Assembly: GCA_041608775.1 (NCBI GenBank)
Contig: JBFISC010000001.1
Location: 1 to 51,149 of the forward strand
DNA: 51,149 nucleotides
Direction of reading: 5' to 3'
Origin: Pseudomonadales bacterium
GTDB lineage: Bacteria; Pseudomonadota; Gammaproteobacteria; Pseudomonadales; Azotimanducaceae
A program made the position numbers and the translations under genes. How positions within the stretch are numbered: the stretch's first letter is position 1; the number at the start of each line of letters is the position of its first letter. The notes beneath the pieces were generated by a model that searched no databases, was not told where the DNA came from, and saw only the letters and a program-made list of their open reading frames with translations. Shown one piece after another: positions 30,121 through 38,067 of this stretch.

Positions 30121-30655
30121 CCGCGCGCTGCTCGGGTCGGTGCTGCTGGCCATCGCCCTGACAGGCAACGGCGCGGCGCCGGGACCGGGCCTCGGCCAAC
30201 CGCTGTCTGCGGAGGCAATCGCTGCCGTCGATCTCACCGTAATGCCCGACGGCACCGGGCTGCCGCCGGGTCGCGGTGACGTCGACACCGGTGCCCGGGT
30301 GTTCGCCGCCCACTGCCAGGCCTGCCACGGCGCCGATGGCGGCGGCGGGCCCAACGATGCGCTGGTGGGTGGCGCCGGCAGCCTCGCCAGCGCGGCGCCG
30401 GTGAAGACCATCGGCAGCTACTGGCCGTACGCGACTACCGTGTTCGACTACATCCGCCGCGCCATGCCCTACCAGCAGCCGGGCTCGCTCGACACCGGCG
30501 AGGTGTACGCGGTCACCGCCTACCTGCTGCATCGCAACGGCATCGTCGACGCCGATGCGGTGCTGACGGAGGTGTCGCTTCCGCGCGTAGAGATGCCGAA
30601 CCGCGGGGGTTTCGAGCTCGCGGTGGAACCCTCAGCCACGGAGCTGCCGCCATGA
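30113..30655 (+). CDS. c-type cytochrome (SorB/SoxD-like electron acceptor)
   Basis: It has the haem motif CQACHG, a distal Met in RRAMPY, and the signal peptide MGSRALLGSVLLAIALTG. The ATG at 30113 overlaps the molybdoenzyme stop by 8 nt. Confidence 0.8.
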   Translation: MGSRALLGSVLLAIALTGNGAAPGPGLGQPLSAEAIAAVDLTVMPDGTGLPPGRGDVDTGARVFAAHCQACHGADGGGGPNDALVGGAGSLASAAPVKTIGSYWPYATTVFDYIRRAMPYQQPGSLDTGEVYAVTAYLLHRNGIVDADAVLTEVSLPRVEMPNRGGFELAVEPSATELPP

Positions 30656-32166
30656 CCCGCGTCGTCGTCGCGCAGATGAGTCACGAGACCAACACGTTCT
30701 CGCCCGTGACCACCGACCTGGCCCGGTTTTCCAGAGGCCAGCCGGAGCCGCCGTCCGGCGAGGCGGCGATTCGCACCTTCCGCAATACCGCCACGTGCCT
30801 CGGCGGCTACCTCGCCGTCTGCGAAGCCAACGGCTACCAAGTCGTGCTGCCCGTCGCGGCCGGCGCCGCCCCCAGCGGGCCGGTGGAAGACAACGCCTTC
30901 GAATTCATCGCCGGCCGCATCGTCGATGCCGTGGCCGCGGGATGCGACGCGGTGATGCTAGATCTCCACGGTGCCATGGTGTCCCGCAGTCATGAAGACG
31001 GTGAAGGCGAGCTGCTGCGGCGCATCCGCGCGGTGAACGCTGACGTGCCCATCGCCGTATCCCTGGACATGCACGCCAATCTGTTCGACGCGATGGTGGA
31101 CAACTGCACCGTGCTCGCCGGCTATCACACCTACCCGCACGTCGACATGGATCGGACCGCCGAGCGGGCCGGCAACCTCCTCGTCGAGGTGCTGAACGGA
31201 CGCGTTGCGCCCACCATGGCCTGGGGCAACGCGCCGATGCTGCCCCATGTGATGCGCCAGGGCACCGACGATCTCCCCAACAAGGCCCTGCAGGCGCGCG
31301 CCGAGCAGCTCGAGTCCGAAGGCGCGCTGGCGGTGAGCCTGTTTACCGGCTTCCCCCACGCCGACGTGCGCGAAGCCGGGCTGTCGGTCTGCGTCGTCAC
31401 GGACGGGGACCCGGAGCGCGCCAGCGCCATACGCGACGAGCTGCTGGACAGCGCGTGGGCCGACCGCGAGGCATTCGTCTATCAGGTGGAACCCCTGGAA
31501 GCGTCCGTGGCGAAGGGCAAAGCCCTCGGCCTCGAGGCAACCGGCAAGGGTCCGGTGATACTGCTCGACCACTACGACAACACCGCCTCCGGCGGCACCA
31601 TGGACACCACCGAGGTGCTGGCCGAGATCCTGCGCCAGGATCTCGAGGACGTGGCGGTGTTCGGCTTCTACGACCCTGCGGCCGTGCAGACCATGGCGGC
31701 GGCCGGTGTCGGCGCCGAGCTCACCCTGTCCCTCGGCGGCAAGCTTCCTATGCCGGCCCTCGCTCGACAGAGCCGACCGCTTTCCGTCACCGGCCGGGTG
31801 AAGCTGCTCTGCGACGGCGAGTTCCCCGCCACCGTGGCCATGTCCCGTGGGCTGACCCTGCAGATGGGCACGACGGCCGTGCTCAGCACCGGCAAGGTCG
31901 ACATCGTGGTGGTGTCACGGCACGTGGAACCTTTCGATCCCGGATGCTTTCGTGCGGTGGGCATCGAACCGAGCACGCGTCGCTACCTGATGCTCAAGAG
32001 CCGCATTCACTACCGGGTGGGATTCCGTGACATCGCCCGGTCCGTGGTGGAGTGCGCAGGACGCGGCGTCTGCACCTCCGACTACGGCGAGCTGACCTTC
32101 GAGCACGTGCGCCGGCCGATATTTCCCCTCGACCGGATCAACACGGACCAGCGTTTCGGCCACTGA
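30652..32166 (+). CDS. M81-family (MlrC/microcystinase C-like) metallopeptidase
   Basis: The N-terminus MTRVVVAQMSHETNTFSP is the characteristic MlrC start. DLHGAM is present, and the protein is about 500 aa. It has an ATGA overlap with the cytochrome c stop. Confidence 0.75.
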   Translation: MTRVVVAQMSHETNTFSPVTTDLARFSRGQPEPPSGEAAIRTFRNTATCLGGYLAVCEANGYQVVLPVAAGAAPSGPVEDNAFEFIAGRIVDAVAAGCDAVMLDLHGAMVSRSHEDGEGELLRRIRAVNADVPIAVSLDMHANLFDAMVDNCTVLAGYHTYPHVDMDRTAERAGNLLVEVLNGRVAPTMAWGNAPMLPHVMRQGTDDLPNKALQARAEQLESEGALAVSLFTGFPHADVREAGLSVCVVTDGDPERASAIRDELLDSAWADREAFVYQVEPLEASVAKGKALGLEATGKGPVILLDHYDNTASGGTMDTTEVLAEILRQDLEDVAVFGFYDPAAVQTMAAAGVGAELTLSLGGKLPMPALARQSRPLSVTGRVKLLCDGEFPATVAMSRGLTLQMGTTAVLSTGKVDIVVVSRHVEPFDPGCFRAVGIEPSTRRYLMLKSRIHYRVGFRDIARSVVECAGRGVCTSDYGELTFEHVRRPIFPLDRINTDQRFGH

Positions 32167-32169
32167 AAG

Positions 32170-33555
32170 GTGCCGGCCTCCATGCCTTCCCCGTATCACA
32201 ACGGCAGCCTCTGGTTCGACGGCCTGGACGACGAGCCGCAGCCGGATCCGGGCGAGCTGCCGGCATCGGTGGACGTCGCCATCGTGGGCGGCGGCTATAC
32301 CGGGCTGTGGACAGCCTACTACCTGAAGCGCGCCGAGCCCGCGCTGAACATCGCCGTGCTCGAGGCGGAGATTGCCGGGTTCGGCGCCAGCGGCCGTAAC
32401 GGCGGCTGGTGCATGGGCGCCGCCTGGGGGGTCGACGGCCTGCTCGCGAACCCGCAGACACGCAGCCGCGGCGTGGACCTGATGCGCGCCCTGTTCGATA
32501 CCGTGGACGAGGTCGGTCGCGTCTGCCAGGCGGAGAACATCGACTGCCACTACGCCCGCGGTGGCTCGCTGCGGGTGGCGAGCGCGCCGTTTCACGCCCG
32601 GCGCCATCGCGACGAGCTGGAACGGCTGCAGCGGCTCGGCTTCGGCGACGACGACTTCCGCTGGCTCGAGGCCGAAGAGTCCCGGGCACGGGTGAACCTG
32701 GCCGCAAACCACGGGGCGCTGTACTTCTCGCACTGCGCGGCCATTCAACCGGCCCGCCTGGTCCGGGGACTCGCGGACACGGTGCGGCGGCTCGGAGTGC
32801 GGGTGCTGGAAGCGACCCCGGTCAGCGCCATCGAGCCTGGCAGGCTGCACACCCCGCGCGGGTTGGTCCGCGCAGGGCGGATCCTGCGCGCCACCGAAGC
32901 CTACACCGCGTCGCTGCGCGGCCAGGGCCGGGCCATGCTGCCCGTGTACTCGATGATGGTCGCCACCGAGCCGCTGCCTGCCTCCGTGTGGGACAGCATC
33001 GGCCTCGCCCGGCGCGAAACTTTTGGCGACGACCGGCGCATGGTGATCTATGGGCAACGCACCCTGGACGGACGTCTGGCGCTTGGCGGCCGCGCCCACT
33101 ACGAGTTTGGCTCGAAGCGTCGCCGCACCGTGCCTGCGGAGCATGCCATGGTAAGCCGGGTCGCCGACCTGCTCCCGCGCCTGCTGCCGCAGCTTCGCGA
33201 CGTGCCGCTGACCCACGGCTGGGGCGGCGTGCTCGGCGTCCCGCGCCACTGGCGTCCGTGCGTGACCTTCGACCGGCGTTCCGGCCTCGGCTGGGCCGGC
33301 GGCTACGTGGGTGAAGGGGTGGCAGCCTCCAATCTGGCTGCCCGCACCCTGAGCGACCTGGTGCTCGAGCGCGAATCGCCGCTCACCCAGTTGCCGTGGG
33401 TAGACGACGTCCCGGGGAACTGGGAGCCCGAGCCGCTCCGCTGGCTGGGCGCGAAGGCGCTGCAGAAGATCGGCGAGCGAGCCGATCGGATAGAGCTTAC
33501 GCGCAACCGACCGTCGCGGCTGTGGGGCCGGTTGTTCGGTCTGCTGGCCGGCTGA
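32170..33555 (+). CDS. FAD-dependent (DAO-family) amine oxidoreductase, PuuB-like
   Basis: VDVAIVGGGYTGLWTAYYL is a Rossmann dinucleotide-binding motif. The protein is about 460 aa. The start is GTG at 32170, or ATG at 32182, which has a better-placed AAGG. Confidence 0.75.
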   Translation: MPASMPSPYHNGSLWFDGLDDEPQPDPGELPASVDVAIVGGGYTGLWTAYYLKRAEPALNIAVLEAEIAGFGASGRNGGWCMGAAWGVDGLLANPQTRSRGVDLMRALFDTVDEVGRVCQAENIDCHYARGGSLRVASAPFHARRHRDELERLQRLGFGDDDFRWLEAEESRARVNLAANHGALYFSHCAAIQPARLVRGLADTVRRLGVRVLEATPVSAIEPGRLHTPRGLVRAGRILRATEAYTASLRGQGRAMLPVYSMMVATEPLPASVWDSIGLARRETFGDDRRMVIYGQRTLDGRLALGGRAHYEFGSKRRRTVPAEHAMVSRVADLLPRLLPQLRDVPLTHGWGGVLGVPRHWRPCVTFDRRSGLGWAGGYVGEGVAASNLAARTLSDLVLERESPLTQLPWVDDVPGNWEPEPLRWLGAKALQKIGERADRIELTRNRPSRLWGRLFGLLAG

Positions 33556-33596
33556 GAACCTCGCGGCCAACGCCGCGCCCGACGCCGGCTGGAAGT

Positions 33597-35195
33597 TCAG
33601 CGGCTGAGAGCGAAGCCCTCGTAGTCGTTGGCCACCACCTCCCGGCACTTCTCCACGTAGGGCGGGACCCCGAGGTAAGGCATGAACACGCGCTTCTTGC
33701 CCTCAACGTTCGAGCCGAGATACCACGAGTTGCACTTCGGGTAGATGGACAGGTCCGCCACCTCGTTGACATGCGCAACCCAGGCGTCTTCCGACTCGGT
33801 CTCGGCCTCGATGGCTGCGTACTGGTTCGCCTGCAGATACTCGATGCAGTCGGAGATCCAGTCCACGTGCTGCTCGATGGACGGCAGCATGTTCGACAGC
33901 ACCGACGGGCTCCCCGGGCCGGTGATCAGGAACAGGTTCGGAAACCCGGCGGTGGCCAGCCCGAGGTAGGCCCGCGGCCCGTTCCGCCACTTTTCCTCGA
34001 GGCTCAAACCGCCGGCACCGCGGATGTCGATGTTCAGCACCGCCCCCGTCATGGCGTCGAATCCGGTGGCCAGCACGATGCAGTCGACCGGATACGCTTC
34101 GCGCGCGGTCCGTATCGAGGTTCCGGTCACCTCGGTAATGGGCTCCTCCTTCAGGTCGACCAGCTGCACGTGCGGCTCGTTGAACGTCTGGTAGTAATCG
34201 GTGTCCACGCACAACCGCTTGCAGCCCACGGGCGTGGTCGGCGTCAGCTTGTCCGCCAGCTCGGGGTCGTCGACCAGTTCGCGGATCTTGCCGCGGATGA
34301 ATTCCTGCGCCGTCGCGTTGGCGGCGTCGTCGAAAGGCAGGTCGTTGAAAGCTGCCAGGAACGCCAGCCCGCCGCGGGCCCAGCGGTCTTCGTACTCGGC
34401 TCGCCGCACTTCCTCGCTGACCTCGAGCGCCGAGCGGTCGCTGTCCCGGAAGTCCGCGCCGAACCCGCGCTGCCAGTTCTCGGCGCGGTACTCGCGGTAG
34501 CGGGACTTGATGTCCGCCACGTACGCCGGGTCGAGCGGCGCGTTGTGGGCCGGAACCGAATAGTTGGGGGTGCGCTGGAACACCGTCACCCGCTCGGCCT
34601 GGCGGGCGATCAGCGGGATGCTCTGAATAGCCGAGGACCCCGTGCCGATGACCCCGACCCGCTTGCCGGTGAAGTCGACCCCTTCCCGAGGCCACCGGCC
34701 GGTATGATAAACGTTCTCAGATTCCAGACTTAACCCTTTGATATTTGGTACGTTTGGAACCGAAAGGCAACCCGTGGCCATGATCACATAGCGCGCCGTC
34801 ACGGGCTCTCCGCGGTCCGTCCGCACGGTCCACCGGCGGCTGCCTTCGTCGAAGCTGGCGGCCGTCACCCGGGTGTCGAACTGGATGTCGTCGCGCAACC
34901 CGAAGCGCTCGACCACATGGTTCGCGTACCTGAGGATTTCCGGCTGGGTCGCGTAGCGCTCCGTCCAGGTCCAGTCCTGCTGCAGCTCGTCCGAGAACTG
35001 GTAGGAATACTCCATGCTCGGAATGTCGCAGCGTGCGCCCGGATAGCGGTTCCAGAACCAGGTACCGCCGACGCCGCTGCCGGCCTCGAACACCCGTACC
35101 TGCAGCCCCTGGCGTTTGAGCCGATGCAGCATGTACATCCCGGCGAAGCCCGCGCCCACCACAACGGCGTCAAAGCTGTGCTGATTCGAATCCAT
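33597..35195 (-). CDS. Type I Baeyer-Villiger (flavin-containing) monooxygenase
   Basis: DAVVVGAGFAGM, GGTWFWNRYPGARCD, YHTGRWP and VGVIGTGSSAIQ are present; the size of 532 aa fits. Confidence 0.85.
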   Translation of the reverse strand: MDSNQHSFDAVVVGAGFAGMYMLHRLKRQGLQVRVFEAGSGVGGTWFWNRYPGARCDIPSMEYSYQFSDELQQDWTWTERYATQPEILRYANHVVERFGLRDDIQFDTRVTAASFDEGSRRWTVRTDRGEPVTARYVIMATGCLSVPNVPNIKGLSLESENVYHTGRWPREGVDFTGKRVGVIGTGSSAIQSIPLIARQAERVTVFQRTPNYSVPAHNAPLDPAYVADIKSRYREYRAENWQRGFGADFRDSDRSALEVSEEVRRAEYEDRWARGGLAFLAAFNDLPFDDAANATAQEFIRGKIRELVDDPELADKLTPTTPVGCKRLCVDTDYYQTFNEPHVQLVDLKEEPITEVTGTSIRTAREAYPVDCIVLATGFDAMTGAVLNIDIRGAGGLSLEEKWRNGPRAYLGLATAGFPNLFLITGPGSPSVLSNMLPSIEQHVDWISDCIEYLQANQYAAIEAETESEDAWVAHVNEVADLSIYPKCNSWYLGSNVEGKKRVFMPYLGVPPYVEKCREVVANDYEGFALSR

Positions 35196-35249
35196 GGTCC
35201 TTCCTCCGCTCAGAGTTCTCGTCCGGTCTGGCGCCCCCGTGGCCAGCGC

Positions 35250-35924
35250 CTACCAGCTGTCCACGTGCATCACGGTGCCGACCGGCGGCCGGTAGGCGGG
35301 CTTGAAGTCCGTGCCCTTCGTGTAGCCGATGGGGATCAGCGCCACCTGCATGAACTGCTCGTAGGGAACGTCGAGCAGCGCTGCGATCTCGCGCTCGAAC
35401 ATCAGGTGCAGGGTCGTCCAGGCGGTGCCGATCCCCCGGGCCCGCGCCGCCAGCATGAACGACCACGCCGCCGGAATGATGGAGCCGAAAACCGAGGCCT
35501 GACCCATGGCATTGTTCATCCCCGGGCCATCGGTGCGGCCGGCGATGCAGGGAATCAGCAGCGCCGGCACCTGTCCCATGATCTCGGCCAGGTAGTCGGC
35601 CGACGACGCGGACCGCTTCTGGCTCTCGGTGAGGGAGCTGTCGCCGCTGTCCATGTGCAGCTTGTGGATCGCGACGGGCATCTCGCGGTACTGGGCATAC
35701 GCCTGCCGATAGTACTCGCCGATCTTCGCCTTCTTGTCGGCGTCGGTGACGAACACGAACTGCCATCCCTGAGCGTTGGACCCGGACGGTGCCTGCACCG
35801 CCAGCTGCAGGCACTCCTCCAGCACCTCCCGGGACACCGGCCGCGCGAGGTCCAGGCGCTTGCGCACCGCGCGGGTGGTGCTGAGCAGTTCATCGTTGCT
35901 GAGGTTCAGTTGCGCGTGTGGCAT
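35250..35924 (-). CDS. Nitroreductase-family protein
   Basis: TRAVRKRLDLARPV and AVQAPSGSNAQGWQFVFV are present. It lies upstream of, and on the same strand as, the BVMO gene. Confidence 0.8.
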   Translation of the reverse strand: MPHAQLNLSNDELLSTTRAVRKRLDLARPVSREVLEECLQLAVQAPSGSNAQGWQFVFVTDADKKAKIGEYYRQAYAQYREMPVAIHKLHMDSGDSSLTESQKRSASSADYLAEIMGQVPALLIPCIAGRTDGPGMNNAMGQASVFGSIIPAAWSFMLAARARGIGTAWTTLHLMFEREIAALLDVPYEQFMQVALIPIGYTKGTDFKPAYRPPVGTVMHVDSW

Positions 35925-36103
35925 CGGCTCCTCTCCATCCTGTCGGGCTGCGAAGCCCCCATGGTAGCCGCATTAAGGCCGCGGCGGGCAGAGCTGCGGC
36001 CGGGAACGGGCAGGACCGCAATCTCGCGCCACGGCGCTGGCATCCTGACCCGCGGACGCAGAGAATCTGAAGGGTAAGCCCCGGTACCCATCGAGGAGGA
36101 AGC

Positions 36104-36859
36104 ATGCGTTACCGCCACCCGGTCCGCGGCGCCGCCAGCCCCACCCGGCGCGCCTTGCTGTCCGCCAGCTTGCTCGGGCTTGGCGGCGGGTTGCTTGCCC
36201 GCCCGGCCTCCGGACAACCTCAGAGCGCGCCCGCGGTGCCGGCGCACGCCGGCGCTGCGGCGTTTCACGATCGCCACGCCCCCGTCCCCCTGACGTTCGA
36301 TGCCGGCAAGCTGGACGGTCTCTCCAGGGCGCTCATCGAGTCCCACTGGACCAACAATTACGGCGGCTCGGTGCGGGCGTTGAACGAGGTGAACCGACGC
36401 CTCGCGGGCGCGCTGTCGGAGCCGGAGCTGCCTGCCTTCGTCTACAACGATCTCAAGCGCGAACACCTGATGCGCACGGGATCCGTCGTCCTCCACGAGC
36501 TGTACTTCGCCAACCTGGGGGGCAATGGAGAAACGCCGGCGCAACTGCGCTCATACATCGCGGCGTCTTTCGGAACCTTCGATCGCTGGGAGACAGAGTT
36601 CCGGCGCATCGCCGCGGGGCTTGGCGGTGGCTCCGGCTGGGTGGTGCTCGGGCTGAACCGGCACCTCGGAATCCTGGAGAACTACTGGCAGGCGGATCAC
36701 CTGCACGCTCCGGTGGATACCCGGCCGCTCCTGGTGCTGGACATGTACGAGCATTCCTATCACATGGACTACGGCGCGGCGGCGGCTCGCTACGTCGATG
36801 CGTTCTTCCGCAACATCGACTGGAACACGGTGGCCGCCCGGGTGGCTGCTGCGGGGTGA
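36104..36859 (+). CDS. Fe/Mn-family superoxide dismutase-like protein with twin-arginine signal
   Basis: The Tat leader is SPTRRALLSASLLGLGGG. The C-terminal DMYEHSYHMDYG corresponds to the DxWEHAYY metal-ligand motif. GAGGAGGAAGC lies upstream of the ATG. Confidence 0.75.
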   Translation: MRYRHPVRGAASPTRRALLSASLLGLGGGLLARPASGQPQSAPAVPAHAGAAAFHDRHAPVPLTFDAGKLDGLSRALIESHWTNNYGGSVRALNEVNRRLAGALSEPELPAFVYNDLKREHLMRTGSVVLHELYFANLGGNGETPAQLRSYIAASFGTFDRWETEFRRIAAGLGGGSGWVVLGLNRHLGILENYWQADHLHAPVDTRPLLVLDMYEHSYHMDYGAAAARYVDAFFRNIDWNTVAARVAAAG

Positions 36860-36866
36860 CGCGGCG

Positions 36867-38051
36867 TCAACGCTCCAACGGCAGAGGGGGCATCCCCAGC
36901 GCCCGACGGTAGGTATTGTGGTAATGGTGCAGGGCCGGTTCGTTACGGCCGAACAGCACGTAGGGCTGCGCTCCGGACAACGCGCCCCTGTGGCAGCTCG
37001 CCGCCGCCCAGTAGTCCTCCGCTTCGATGACATCCGCAAATCCCCGGGCGCGCTCCAGCGCGTTGCGCTCAGCCACTTCCTGGTCTTCCCAGCCGGCGGC
37101 CTGCATGCCCTCGTGGCTGTAGAAAGTGATCTCCGAGTAGCTGCGATGCGGATCCTCGCCCCGGGGATACACCCGCACCAACGTCGGCCCGCCGGCGCCC
37201 ATGATCAGCTGGACGTTGGGAAACAGGTAGTACACCGGCAACGCGGCCTTGAGCACATGCCACTGGGACTCCGGCAGCTCGCGCAACCGATCGATGCCGC
37301 GACTGCACAGCGCCATGCGGTGGTTACGATGGTAGGTGTCGTAGAGCTGGCAGTTGCCGTGGAGCATCGGCGCCAGGGTGTCCTTGTGCAGCACCGGGAA
37401 ATGATAGGTCTCACCGAAGGTATCGATGGCGAGCTTCCAGTTCATCTCGGTATCGTAGCGCGTCTCCCACTGCAGCGTGCATTCCTCCAGCTCCCAGGCC
37501 GCGAGCTCCGGACCAAGGTCGCCCAGCAGTTCGTCGATATCGAACGTGCCCTGCGGATTCGCGGACACCCAGAGCAACCCGTGCCGCTCGACAGCAGGCA
37601 GCTCGACCAGGCCGTAGCATGACTTGTCCAGGCTGCCGAAGTGGCTTTCCTTGGGCACCGCCACCAGCTCACCCGCCGGGCTGTAGCTCCAGGCGTGGAA
37701 CGGGCAGCGGAACAGCTGCCGCCGGCCACGCCTGTCGTGCTCGACAACAGTGCCCCGATGCCGGCAGACGTTGAGATAGGCCCGGAAACCGCCGTCGCGG
37801 TCCCGGGTGCAGAGGATGGGCTTGCCGAGATCCTCGGAGGTGAAGAAGGCACCGGCCTCGGGAAGCTCGGCGGAAAATCCCAGCAGCTGCGGGTAGTCCT
37901 GAAAGAACGACCGCCACTCCTTTGCCGCCAGCTCCGGGCAGGTGTAGCTGGACACCGGGTTCTTCAGGAACCCGCCGGCATCGACGTTGGTATCGTTGTC
38001 GAGATGGGTCATCAGTTCCCGGATGACCCTGAGCTGCTCGTTCCGTCGCAT
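36867..38051 (-). CDS. Rieske [2Fe-2S] non-haem iron oxygenase, alpha-subunit type
   Basis: The Rieske motif is CRHRG...CPFHAW. The start is set at the ATG at 38051 (MRRNEQL), preceded by GGGGGA. The track ORF extends to 38279, into the upstream gene. Confidence 0.8.
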   Translation of the reverse strand: MRRNEQLRVIRELMTHLDNDTNVDAGGFLKNPVSSYTCPELAAKEWRSFFQDYPQLLGFSAELPEAGAFFTSEDLGKPILCTRDRDGGFRAYLNVCRHRGTVVEHDRRGRRQLFRCPFHAWSYSPAGELVAVPKESHFGSLDKSCYGLVELPAVERHGLLWVSANPQGTFDIDELLGDLGPELAAWELEECTLQWETRYDTEMNWKLAIDTFGETYHFPVLHKDTLAPMLHGNCQLYDTYHRNHRMALCSRGIDRLRELPESQWHVLKAALPVYYLFPNVQLIMGAGGPTLVRVYPRGEDPHRSYSEITFYSHEGMQAAGWEDQEVAERNALERARGFADVIEAEDYWAAASCHRGALSGAQPYVLFGRNEPALHHYHNTYRRALGMPPLPLER

Positions 38052-38067
38052 GGCGTCCCCCTGCTTG

